Assembly (NCBI GenBank): GCA_050173015.1
Contig: JBFXLE010000002.1
Coordinates: 160,001-224,000 of the forward strand
Source: Calditrichaceae bacterium
GTDB taxonomy: Bacteria > Calditrichota > Calditrichia > Calditrichales > JBFXGD01
DNA: 64,000 nt
Direction of reading: 5' to 3'
Under the pieces are notes generated by a model. That model worked only from the letters and a program-made list of their open reading frames with translations, was not told the DNA's origin and did not search any database. A program made the position numbers and the translations under genes. How positions within the stretch are numbered: the first letter of the stretch is position 1; the number at the start of each line of letters is the position of its first letter. Shown here piece by piece: positions 20,353 through 32,118 of this stretch.

Positions 20353-21741
20353 TTAATTTGAATTAGTGTTGCCTGCACCTGTTTGATTGATGATACTCTG
20401 CCAATTCGGATTGTTAAGTTCTTTCCTGTAGCTTGAATGAATCAGTTCATACGCTCCGAATCCGTTCAAATCGGCAAATACAAAGATGGCTCCACCCTCT
20501 AAATTATGATATGTCCAGATTTCGTAGGGTAATCCGTCAATACTATTGTTATGTCTTTCATTCTCATCAGGGTGTCCATACATGATAATAACACGCCCCT
20601 GATCTGTTCTCCAGCCTTGCCTGCCGAATTTACTATATTGATCATTGGAAAATTCGACTAAATCTAAAAATTCACGATGAGATTGTCCCTGGGGAACCAT
20701 ATTTTTCTTATCCCTGATCCTCCAGAACTGAGTTAGAAACTTTCTCATGGCATCTTCTTCATTTAAATTTTCAAAAACCATTATTTCATTTTTATTAGCA
20801 AAATACTTTGCCATTTTAAATTCGTTTTCAAGTTCTTCTTTATTCAATCCGGTAAATATATTATCAATTTCAGCAACCGGCGTTTCTGTAATTACAGGTT
20901 TGTTTTCATCAGGTTTATACACAAAGAATTTTTTGCGATCTACGACGTTTATATCATTCGTTATATCGGTGCCTCTGATATTTAAAAAGTATGAACCGCC
21001 TGGTAATGACATAACATTTAAACCACCAACCTCGACGAGAGAGGGGGCTAACACTTTCCTTGTTTTTGGTTCCACGGTTTTTACGGTATCACCATCACTA
21101 TTCGTAATGTAGTAGTGAAAACTGTATTGATTCTCAGATTGCGCGGAATATGGAAGGTTGTGCAATTCTATATAAAAATATAGCACGGGATGAAGCAGGT
21201 CAAATACTTTACGCGGATTGGGAACGACCCTTAATCCGTTTTTGTTAAATATAGTTTGTCCATCATCTTTTTGTATGTCAATCGCAAACTCTATTTCAGA
21301 TGGGTAAAACCCTTCAGGTGATTTTGTCGTGGAAAAGTCCAGTAAATACTCTCCGTTCAACTTTGAGTTAAGATCGGACACAATTACTTTTGCTGTATAT
21401 TTTCCAAACGGAAGCTGAAGACCAAAAACATCGATAAACTGATTAAATTTATTAAATTTAAGTGTATCGATTATTGTATTCTGATATTCGTGAGGAATTT
21501 TTCTAATGACTTCACCATCTTTTAAAATTTCAAGAGTACTCATAAAATTGGAATGATAAGTGCTATCGTTATATTTATAACTTAGATTACCTTGATAAAT
21601 TGACATGTAAAATTCAACATAGCAGGTTGAATCATTGGATCCGAAGAGAGCATAGTCTGCCGAAACCGGTATAAATTGAAATTGGCTCCAAGACACCATA
21701 GGTATAATTAAGAAAAATAGTAACTTTCTCATTACGTTCAT
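20353..21741 (-). CDS. GWxTD domain-containing secreted protein
   Basis: Signal peptide; FWRIRD, GWRTDQGRVIIMYGHPD, YEIWTY, FVFAD..GFG.Y.LIHS. Confidence 0.88.
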   Translation of the reverse strand: MNVMRKLLFFLIIPMVSWSQFQFIPVSADYALFGSNDSTCYVEFYMSIYQGNLSYKYNDSTYHSNFMSTLEILKDGEVIRKIPHEYQNTIIDTLKFNKFNQFIDVFGLQLPFGKYTAKVIVSDLNSKLNGEYLLDFSTTKSPEGFYPSEIEFAIDIQKDDGQTIFNKNGLRVVPNPRKVFDLLHPVLYFYIELHNLPYSAQSENQYSFHYYITNSDGDTVKTVEPKTRKVLAPSLVEVGGLNVMSLPGGSYFLNIRGTDITNDINVVDRKKFFVYKPDENKPVITETPVAEIDNIFTGLNKEELENEFKMAKYFANKNEIMVFENLNEEDAMRKFLTQFWRIRDKKNMVPQGQSHREFLDLVEFSNDQYSKFGRQGWRTDQGRVIIMYGHPDENERHNNSIDGLPYEIWTYHNLEGGAIFVFADLNGFGAYELIHSSYRKELNNPNWQSIINQTGAGNTNSN

Positions 21742-21747
21742 CCTTTT

Positions 21748-24700
21748 TTAATTGAACTTTACAGACACTAATTTTGAAACTCCCTCTTCTTCCATCGTGA
21801 CTCCATACATGGTTTGGGCGGCTTCCATAGTGCGCTTATTATGAGTAACAACTATGAATTGTGTATTATCCGAGAAACTTTTTAGCGCTTCAGTAAAACG
21901 CAAAATATTTACATCATCCAGCGGGGCATCGACTTCATCCAGAATACAGAACGGACTTGGTTTAACGAGATAAATCGCGAATAAAAGCGAAATTGCTGTA
22001 AGAGTTTTTTCGCCGCCCGATAGAAGACTCAGTGTTTGCAACCGGTTTCCTTTCGTTCTGACAGATATTTCAATATCTGCATCTAGCGGATCTTGATTAT
22101 CAGTTAAATTGATTGAACCTTCTCCATTCTCAAAAAAGGAATGAAATACAGTCTCAAAATTCACTTTTATGGCCTCAAATGTTTCAATAAATTGCTTCCG
22201 CGCCGTGGCATTTATTTTATCGATCGTTTCTACAAGTGAATTTTCTGCTTTGTTCAGATCATCTCTTTGCTTAGTAAGAAAGTCCAGCCGTTCTTTTTCC
22301 TTATCATATTCGCCAACCGCAAGCGGATTTACGGGACCCAGATTTTTAATCCGGTTGTGAATACTTTCAATCTGTTCTTCAGTTTCATTTTCATTAAGTC
22401 CTTCAAAGGGCAAACCGATTTCAATGTCCTCTGAATATTCTTTTAAAATATATTCACGAATATTTTCTGCTTTAAACCTGTTTTCATTAATTTTCATTTC
22501 AAATGTTCGAGTGTGTTCAAGAGAAAAATCATGTTGTTTACGGTATTTTTTTATTTGTGATTCTATATCCATGATTTTTTCTTTTACTTCCTGAAATCCC
22601 CTCGCCACATCTTCTTTTTCCTTGTCTAACTGATCTCTTTTTTCCCAGATTATAATTTGTTCATTTCGTCTCTGTTCAGATTCTGCGGTTATTTGAACAA
22701 GCATTTTCCCGATTTGTTCGATTTCGGAGCCTTTTTTTTCAATATCATTTTTTAATTCGACAATGGTTTTTGAAGAGCGATTGAGATCGTTCTGACGATT
22801 ATAGATCTGATTCTGTATGTTAGTAGTATCCAGACGGACTTTTTGGACTTCATCGATTAATATTTGCAGCTCATCACTTTTTCTTTCATACGAATTAGTC
22901 CGTGATATTGTTTCTTTTTCGAGCTCATTCAATTTTTTCTGATGATCCTCAACTTCCACTTCAATTGTTTGCTGATTCAGTTTAAGTTCTTTAATGTTTT
23001 TTCTGATGATTATAAGGTGATTATTATCTGATTCTGATTCTTTTTTGCTTTTATCTATTTCATAAGCGATCTGATGTTCTTTTTTCTCGAGTTCTGTGAT
23101 TTCGCGTTGTGTCTTCGCTATTTCATCTTTAATTTCACCTTGATTCGCGATGGTTTTTTGAAGATCATTGCGTAACCCATCTATTAACTTTTCAATTTTT
23201 GGAAGATCATTTTCAAAAACCTGTAGCTGGCGGGTGTATTTTTTTAACTGATCATGGCGTCCTATGATCGTTGATTGTTTCTTTGAAACAGAACCACCGG
23301 AAATCTCTCTGTTAAAATTAACCATTTCTCCGGATGAAGTGGCCAGGCGCAGGTTTGGAAATTTTTCAGATAAAATCAATGCCTCTTCGAAATTGTCGAC
23401 GATAGCTACATCTCCGAGAAGAATCTTTATCAAATGACGATATTTTTCATCCGTGACAATTAGGTCTGAAAGCAGGGTGAGGGAATTTAGACCAGCCGGA
23501 ATTTCAGGAATTTCAATAAAACGCGTACGATTGAGAGGAATACAGGTAATTCTGCCTTTATCTGATTCGCGGACAAGTCGTATCATTTTTTTGGCGGAAT
23601 CTATATCATCTACCAAAATATAATTTAGCGCCTCTCCTAATATCAGTTCGACAAGCTGCGCGTAATTTTCGTCAACGGATATCAGTTCGGCAAGAGGCCC
23701 ATGGATGCCGCTTAGCTGATCTTTCTGTGTCATTACAAATTGTGTGCTTTTTGAATGACCTTCATAATTGGCGATAATATGCTGAAAAAATGATTGCCGT
23801 GATCGAACTTTCTCGGTTTCAACGAGTAATGTTTGACGTTCTGTTTCTGCTTTTTTTATTTTTTCCTGGAGTTGATCCGACTTAGCGGTGAGATCCTTAA
23901 GATTATCGTTCAGTTTTTCAAGGTTGTTTTCAGAATTTTGTATGTTTTTCCGGGAGATGTCGAGCTCTGTTTCTCTCGTTTTTAAACCGGTCGATCTGGA
24001 CGCGATATTTTCATCGATTGTTGCAGCCTGCTCATCAAGAAAACCTAACTGATATTCTTTTTGTTTAAGAACCTCTTTCATGTTTGAAAGTGACTGAAGC
24101 TGCTGCCTGAATTCGCTGTTAAGTTTATCAATTTCCGCTTTTTCTTTCTGCAATTTTTCTAATTCCTGCAGACGTTCACTCTCTATCGTGGAATAATTCT
24201 GATCAATGATTACTTTCTGTGAGATAAGCTGATCCAATTCGGTTTGATATTGCAATACATTTTCTTCGAGAAGAATTATTTTTTTCTCATAATCTTCAAT
24301 ATCGACTTTATAGCGTTCTCTTGTTTTAATATTTTCTTCCGCTTTGGTTTGGGCAACAGCTTCCGCCTGGTTAATTCTTGCAATCTCTGCATCTAATTCA
24401 TGTATCGCTGAATTAATTTTTTGCAATCCCTGTTCGGTTTTTATCTGTTCACGTTTGTAATCTTCAAGTAACGCTTCATCCATTGTGATTTGATGCGAAC
24501 TTTCTTCTTTAAGCTTACTCGCTTCCTTTAGTTGAACTTCAAGCGGTCTAATACTTTCCAGTAACCGGTGATATCTAAGTCTTGAGAGATCAACCTCACA
24601 TTTTTTCAGTTCATCATTAAGACTCAGGTAGCGTCTGGCCTTTGCGACCTGACGAGACAGAGAACTGACGGTTTTCTCCACCTCAATTATTATATCATTA

Positions 24701-25272
24701 ATTCGGGTCAGATCGACTCTGGTGGCGTCCAGTTTTTTTAACGCGGATTTTCTTCTTACTTTATATTTGACAACACCCGCGGCTTCTTCGAATAATTGAC
24801 GCCGTTCATGTTTGTTTTCACTAAGAATGCTTTCAACCATCTTTAATTCAATGACTGAATATGAATTGGCGCCCATTCCGGTATCCATAAACAAATCAAG
24901 TACGTCCTTCAGTCGAACGGGTGTTTTATTTATAAGATATTGACTTTCTCCGGATCGATAAAGGCGTCTCGATATGACAACTTCTTCAAATTCAGTGTCA
25001 AGAATTTTTTTATTGTTTTGGATAGTCATTGAGACTTCGGTCATTCCAACGGGTTTACGGGTCTTTGTACCGTTAAAAATCACATTTTCCATCTTGTCGC
25101 TTCTAAGTGAGCTGACACGCTGCTCACCTAAAACCCATCGAATCGCGTCAACAATATTAGACTTACCGGAACCGTTGGGACCTATTACACAGGTCAGGCC
25201 TCCGTTAAACTCAAGTTTTGTTTTATGAGCAAATGATTTAAAACCAAGAATGTCCAATTTCGATAAATACAT
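21748..25272 (-). CDS. smc: Chromosome segregation protein SMC
   Basis: GFKSF, Walker A GPNGSGKSN, coiled coils with hinge, LSGGEK signature, LDEVDAPLD Walker B/D-loop. Confidence 0.97.
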   Translation of the reverse strand: MYLSKLDILGFKSFAHKTKLEFNGGLTCVIGPNGSGKSNIVDAIRWVLGEQRVSSLRSDKMENVIFNGTKTRKPVGMTEVSMTIQNNKKILDTEFEEVVISRRLYRSGESQYLINKTPVRLKDVLDLFMDTGMGANSYSVIELKMVESILSENKHERRQLFEEAAGVVKYKVRRKSALKKLDATRVDLTRINDIIIEVEKTVSSLSRQVAKARRYLSLNDELKKCEVDLSRLRYHRLLESIRPLEVQLKEASKLKEESSHQITMDEALLEDYKREQIKTEQGLQKINSAIHELDAEIARINQAEAVAQTKAEENIKTRERYKVDIEDYEKKIILLEENVLQYQTELDQLISQKVIIDQNYSTIESERLQELEKLQKEKAEIDKLNSEFRQQLQSLSNMKEVLKQKEYQLGFLDEQAATIDENIASRSTGLKTRETELDISRKNIQNSENNLEKLNDNLKDLTAKSDQLQEKIKKAETERQTLLVETEKVRSRQSFFQHIIANYEGHSKSTQFVMTQKDQLSGIHGPLAELISVDENYAQLVELILGEALNYILVDDIDSAKKMIRLVRESDKGRITCIPLNRTRFIEIPEIPAGLNSLTLLSDLIVTDEKYRHLIKILLGDVAIVDNFEEALILSEKFPNLRLATSSGEMVNFNREISGGSVSKKQSTIIGRHDQLKKYTRQLQVFENDLPKIEKLIDGLRNDLQKTIANQGEIKDEIAKTQREITELEKKEHQIAYEIDKSKKESESDNNHLIIIRKNIKELKLNQQTIEVEVEDHQKKLNELEKETISRTNSYERKSDELQILIDEVQKVRLDTTNIQNQIYNRQNDLNRSSKTIVELKNDIEKKGSEIEQIGKMLVQITAESEQRRNEQIIIWEKRDQLDKEKEDVARGFQEVKEKIMDIESQIKKYRKQHDFSLEHTRTFEMKINENRFKAENIREYILKEYSEDIEIGLPFEGLNENETEEQIESIHNRIKNLGPVNPLAVGEYDKEKERLDFLTKQRDDLNKAENSLVETIDKINATARKQFIETFEAIKVNFETVFHSFFENGEGSINLTDNQDPLDADIEISVRTKGNRLQTLSLLSGGEKTLTAISLLFAIYLVKPSPFCILDEVDAPLDDVNILRFTEALKSFSDNTQFIVVTHNKRTMEAAQTMYGVTMEEEGVSKLVSVKFN

Positions 25273-25293
25273 AATTTTCCGGGTGTTATATGG

Positions 25294-27837
25294 TTATAAT
25301 AAATTCTGAGCATTAAATATCAGCTTTAGATATTCATATAAGTACGGCTCAGGTTTGAATAGAATCCAAAAGATAAGGAAAGGTATAGAATAAGACAAGA
25401 GCAGCATCGTTAAAATTAAACTTGTTCTTGCCCTGAACAATACGTGAATGCCATTAATTATCCGGATATGCGCCCATAATATAAAAAACAGAAACAGATA
25501 TAGAAGGTAAGTATGATCACCTCCCGATGATAACAACTGATACATGGCCAGGCTCAATGGCAGTAGGAAAATAAATGGCGCGCCGGACCAGAATCCTATG
25601 GCGACACCCTGTCTGAATCGCATTTTCTCTGTCGAAAAGTAACTGAATACTTTTAGCAGGATACTGATTATAAACGGATAGCTGTAAAAGATCAAAAAGA
25701 ATACAAGAACGGTTTTTCCGGGGGATATACTCATTTTTAGAAAATATTCATATAAATTTAAAGGTCCGAGCAGAAGGCTGGCTGCTTCCTGAAGAAAATA
25801 AGAGTGATGGAAGTAATAAATGACAGAACTTACAAAAACAGATAATAAGACAGACGAATAGGCCCCAACTAAAAAAGAACTGAAAAGTGGAATGATTCTT
25901 CTTTCCCGCATATCTACAAAAAAACCGTATGGATGTCGTAATGAACGTTTTAGATTTTCTCTCAGTCTGGCTCTCTGACGGTATACAAGTAAAAATAATA
26001 CCGTGGCAATAAAGGTGAGAAGTGAAAAAAAGTTTGTTTTTTTTGTAACCGGTTTTTCTGGCAGAAGATTCAGGTGCTCAGAGTCCCAGATATTCCCCGC
26101 CACTTTATTGATCCAGGTTTTTGCTCTTCGTTCATACGTAAACATTCCCGTCGGTATGACAAGAAAATCCGGGTTGTTAATGGTTGTATGAATTGGAAAT
26201 CCGCTCTTCCAGTCGATAAAACTATCTAAAAAACCTCCCTTTAACCCAAAGCGATTTATCGCGGTCTGAATTTCGCTGTTTATAAATCCGTAATTTTTTA
26301 CAGGATCGGCATCAAGCGCGCCACTGTTTGGCGCGTTAAACAGATTGATTCCGATTTTCCCCGCCAATAAATAAGGAAAATTTAATTTCTCGTTTCCCGA
26401 TGCCTCGTTCAATATTGATTTATAGCTATCATATATGTAAAAATCTGCTGTATTTTCAGGAGGAAGCGGATAGCCGGAAATCGGCGACAGGTAGCTTAAT
26501 ACATTCATCTTTGCTCTTACGCTTCCGCTTAAAATGAGCATAAATTTTTGTGCAGATGCTTCATGAATTGGAATCTCCTGTCCGATCCCGATGGCAACGA
26601 ATGAAGGAGACATACTGTTATAAAGTCTAAGGCTTTGAATCGTTGATTTCGAAGATTCCAGAATATTGTCATTTTGGTATAATGGAAGCGGATAACGCCA
26701 TATGGGCAATTCTGCGAAGACCAGCAAACCCAAGGAATCTGCAATTTGAATTGCGGTAATATCCGGCAGATAGTGTGGAAAGCGAATCGCGTTGAATTGA
26801 AGTGATTTTATTTTTGAAAGATCTGAAATTAATGTCCCGAAATAATCTTTTGATTTTAAACTTTCAATGTTTTCATAATAGCTTACACCTTTAATCAGAA
26901 ACGGCTGATTATTCAAAATAAAATTATTATCCTTTATCTGCACCTTTCTTAGGCCGAAAAGAAGAGTATCTTCAAAGATCGTTTCATAACCGTTTCTTAC
27001 AGAAATAATCATATTCAGCTGTTGGGGATTTTGGGGAGACCAAAGATATTCAGCCGGTACCCGGGCATCACTATTTATCAACAGTCTTTCGGGATCGAGT
27101 TCCTTTCGCTGCTGGAATAATTTCTCACCCGATGAGGAGAATATTTGTTCCTCTACCCGAAACCGCTTTGCATTGAAAGCCTTTCTATCAGAATCATTTG
27201 TCAGGGATAGGTTTATCTGATAGCTGTATTCAAAATCGACCGCGGATGCAATCGTTTTAACTATAACGTTTGTATCGCTGATCCTGTTTTTGTTTTCAAT
27301 TGACAGGTAAATAGGTCTGACAATTCCCAAAATCCCGGGTTCGCTAAAAATGTTTACAAAAGACGGGAAACCGGATTCCTCCGCCGCAGAACCTTTTAGG
27401 GTCAGAACGAGTTGATTTTTCCCATCGGTACTCAGGATGTCAGGAGGAATTTTTACATCAAATGGAGCAGAATTATTGCTTTGATTATGAATAATTTTTC
27501 CGTTCAGGACAAACTGCCCGGATCCCTTGATACCATGGCTTTTTAGAAAAATTTCAGAATGACCGGCGTCAAGTGGGGTGTCAAACCCGCATCTCACTAC
27601 AATTTGGTTCTTTGATTCCGAATAAAAGGGGAGACTCAATGGCGCCCATTCTCCTGTAATGGATTGAATCTGCCAGTTATTCTGGCGATAAAGCGGCACG
27701 ATTTTGCCGTTTGATAAATACGCATCTGATTTTCCCCAATTCAGAAACTGCAAATGATCTGTTTTTTCAGATGCCGCCAATAAAGCAGGTACAACAATAA
27801 TAAAAAAAGTTATCAGAATCAGTTTGAAGGTATGCAT
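25294..27837 (-). CDS. Glycoside hydrolase family 2-like domain fused to a multi-pass membrane domain
   Basis: Signal peptide; LWSPQNP, FGLR, FILNNQPFLIKGV, FNAIRFPHY, ADSLGLLVFAELP GH2 motifs; about 6 C-terminal TM helices. Confidence 0.8.
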   Translation of the reverse strand: MHTFKLILITFFIIVVPALLAASEKTDHLQFLNWGKSDAYLSNGKIVPLYRQNNWQIQSITGEWAPLSLPFYSESKNQIVVRCGFDTPLDAGHSEIFLKSHGIKGSGQFVLNGKIIHNQSNNSAPFDVKIPPDILSTDGKNQLVLTLKGSAAEESGFPSFVNIFSEPGILGIVRPIYLSIENKNRISDTNVIVKTIASAVDFEYSYQINLSLTNDSDRKAFNAKRFRVEEQIFSSSGEKLFQQRKELDPERLLINSDARVPAEYLWSPQNPQQLNMIISVRNGYETIFEDTLLFGLRKVQIKDNNFILNNQPFLIKGVSYYENIESLKSKDYFGTLISDLSKIKSLQFNAIRFPHYLPDITAIQIADSLGLLVFAELPIWRYPLPLYQNDNILESSKSTIQSLRLYNSMSPSFVAIGIGQEIPIHEASAQKFMLILSGSVRAKMNVLSYLSPISGYPLPPENTADFYIYDSYKSILNEASGNEKLNFPYLLAGKIGINLFNAPNSGALDADPVKNYGFINSEIQTAINRFGLKGGFLDSFIDWKSGFPIHTTINNPDFLVIPTGMFTYERRAKTWINKVAGNIWDSEHLNLLPEKPVTKKTNFFSLLTFIATVLFLLVYRQRARLRENLKRSLRHPYGFFVDMRERRIIPLFSSFLVGAYSSVLLSVFVSSVIYYFHHSYFLQEAASLLLGPLNLYEYFLKMSISPGKTVLVFFLIFYSYPFIISILLKVFSYFSTEKMRFRQGVAIGFWSGAPFIFLLPLSLAMYQLLSSGGDHTYLLYLFLFFILWAHIRIINGIHVLFRARTSLILTMLLLSYSIPFLIFWILFKPEPYLYEYLKLIFNAQNLL

Positions 27838-27887
27838 GAATGAAAAATTCCCGGCACGTTTAAAGTTTTAATATTCTATATTTCTGT

Positions 27888-28598
27888 TTACATCAATGTG
27901 AGTGCATCCCTCACGGCCTGTTCAAATCCAATGGCGAGGGCTTTTGTGAAGATTGGCTTACCGATTACTATATCTTCTATAAAGTTGATTTCTGAGATAT
28001 CCCGCAGATTGTCATAACCGATTCCACCTGAAATATTGACTCCAAGACCCAGTTTACCGCATGCAAGGACCAAACCCGTTAAATTTTCAATCGCCTGTAT
28101 TTCGCGGCCCATATCTTCCGCGTCAGTAAGCGCGTTTGCTTTTAACTCCACGTAATCGAACTCCAATTTCCCGGCCAGTTTTATCTGGCTGATATCCGGG
28201 TCAACCAAAACGGAGCTTAATATGTTGTTTGATCTTAATTCAGTGACGTATTTCTCGAGTTGAGATGCATAGGTATCAAGATTTATGACATCCGCTTCGA
28301 CGGAAGAAATATCGCCCGGAGCAACAAAAGTAATCATATCCGGTTTAATCCTGATAAGTTTACGGATATTCTCCTCCGTAAGATTTGTCCGCACAGTCAG
28401 ATAAGATTTCACTACCTGTCTGAACAAGGCGATATCACGTTCATTTACGGTTTTAAGATCATCACGCAGATAGCAGACAATGCTCTCAGCACCGCCTAAT
28501 TCCGCCAGAATCAACGCCTGAATTGGATCAGGTTCATTGCCTCCAAGAAGATTTCGTACATAAGCGACAGGATCAATATCAAGAGCTAATCGACGCAT
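27888..28598 (-). CDS. PdxJ (pyridoxine 5'-phosphate synthase)-like protein, catalytically divergent
   Basis: Full-length similarity to PdxJ (PDP..A..AE.GGA, LRDD, KP, QIK, LGL.VN, IG...A...G...AV) but catalytic His/Glu residues substituted; GGAGG RBS before MRRL. Confidence 0.8.
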   Translation of the reverse strand: MRRLALDIDPVAYVRNLLGGNEPDPIQALILAELGGAESIVCYLRDDLKTVNERDIALFRQVVKSYLTVRTNLTEENIRKLIRIKPDMITFVAPGDISSVEADVINLDTYASQLEKYVTELRSNNILSSVLVDPDISQIKLAGKLEFDYVELKANALTDAEDMGREIQAIENLTGLVLACGKLGLGVNISGGIGYDNLRDISEINFIEDIVIGKPIFTKALAIGFEQAVRDALTLM

Positions 28599-28646
28599 TT
28601 TGCCTCCATAATAATTCAAAAAAATTGCTATTGCTGTCAGGGAAAG

Positions 28647-29177
28647 TCAGAATGTGGACAGATCTTCCCATCGGGTTATTTTCCAGACACCGGAACTTTT
28701 TTTTTCAAAATTAAACAACGCTTCACCGTTGATAAGAGGGATTTCAACGCCGCCATTCAAGGTTAATTGAAATGTCTTCTTTATTTCAGCTTCGGTGCTA
28801 TCCTGAAAATAATATTGAAATATTGTCCCACCCCAGACAAGATTAATATTTTGAAAGTGCCTGAAAAGACCGACCGTTGTCCGGATATCAGTATCCCGTC
28901 CCCAGGTCAAATCTGTTACAGGATCAGTCGCGTAATTCTTTGATATGAATAAAAAACTACTATCGAGTAAATCAGAATAAACCAGAGAATCTTTAAAATT
29001 ATAAGCATAACTAAAATTAGTCAATACCTCATCGGGGTTTTGTTGTTCTGTGATGATCAGACTGGATGAGTATTCACCGGTTTTTATCTCCGGCGCGAAT
29101 GGATTCACGCATCCGGATAATAAAATAAATATTAGAATTATGGCAAAGTTGCCGGCACCGGTGTTTGGACTATCCAT
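28647..29177 (-). CDS. Hypothetical lipoprotein (NTF2-like helix/sheet pattern)
   Basis: Lipobox LSGC followed by VNPF; P..VLTNF..AY; WKITRWED end. Confidence 0.75.
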   Translation of the reverse strand: MDSPNTGAGNFAIILIFILLSGCVNPFAPEIKTGEYSSSLIITEQQNPDEVLTNFSYAYNFKDSLVYSDLLDSSFLFISKNYATDPVTDLTWGRDTDIRTTVGLFRHFQNINLVWGGTIFQYYFQDSTEAEIKKTFQLTLNGGVEIPLINGEALFNFEKKSSGVWKITRWEDLSTF

Positions 29178-29178
29178 C

Positions 29179-29808
29179 TTAATTACTGCTCCAACGGTAA
29201 TAACTTTTCAGAAATGACCACGATTTATCATAATTTTCGTCTAACGCGAAGTCAGACCAGAAGTAGATATACCAATAATCGAGCGTTGTCCGTGAGCGGA
29301 GTAGTTTGAATTTAGCCCGACCCTGATATACGGACACTGAATCTCCAAAATTAATTTCGAGAGTGTATCTGAAATAATTACTTTCAACAGAATCATCAAT
29401 CGCAGAAGCGTTTATTGCTGTTAACGACACTGAATCAGCGTAGTTAAATTTAATGACAGGGTAGTTGACTTTTCCCGTTTGCAACAGATTTATGAAATAA
29501 TTGCCCTCATCTTCAATCGTCCAGACCGGTATAAAATAATCAAAAAGATTTTGCTCCGGTTCAAAATGAAACGGGGTAATATTCTGCATATCAGAATTTG
29601 AAAAATTTTCCAGATATTTTTGAACATTTTTCTGTTCAAGCGCCCGGGCGAAATTTGTCAAAACTATCCTTGGAGTAGTAGGCGCGTCAAAAACAGCAGT
29701 CAGAGATTGATTGTCCGGCGATTCCGGGTTTCTTACATCGAAGGGATTTGTACATCCCGTGATTAGCAAAATTATTAAAAAAAAATGTCTGATTTTTATG
29801 CCCGTCAT
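29179..29808 (-). CDS. Hypothetical lipoprotein, paralogue of downstream gene
   Basis: Lipobox ITGC followed by TNPF; P..VLTNF..AL; WYIYFWSD...SWSFLK. Confidence 0.75.
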   Translation of the reverse strand: MTGIKIRHFFLIILLITGCTNPFDVRNPESPDNQSLTAVFDAPTTPRIVLTNFARALEQKNVQKYLENFSNSDMQNITPFHFEPEQNLFDYFIPVWTIEDEGNYFINLLQTGKVNYPVIKFNYADSVSLTAINASAIDDSVESNYFRYTLEINFGDSVSVYQGRAKFKLLRSRTTLDYWYIYFWSDFALDENYDKSWSFLKSYYRWSSN

Positions 29809-29983
29809 TATCGTTAATTGTATTTAATCATATCAACAAATTTACTCATTAATTTTAATGAATTAAACAGAAAAAAGCTAATGATAATCATGGATAATTT
29901 GTATTTTAAAAAATTTAAATTTAATTTTAAAAAATTGTTTCGGATCATATATCTTGGTACTAATTTAACCATTCGACTTATAA

Positions 29984-32008
<2,025 letters not shown>

Positions 32009-32016
32009 CTTTTTAA

Positions 32017-32045
32017 TTGACTTTAAATGTATGTAAAACTAAATT
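32017..32045 (+). promoter_or_regulatory. Putative sigma70 promoter of secDF
   Basis: TTGACT-17 nt-TAAATT. Confidence 0.55.
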
Positions 32046-32118
32046 ATATGTCTTTTAAAATGACTAAAATTATTAAATCATATTATTTTCAGGAATTACC
32101 GGGAGGAAGGTGCATTTA

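Noticed and set aside
21748..25272. SMC as part of a Wadjet/MksBEF or other defence system
   Set aside because: Canonical full-length Smc with hinge, and no jetABD-like neighbours
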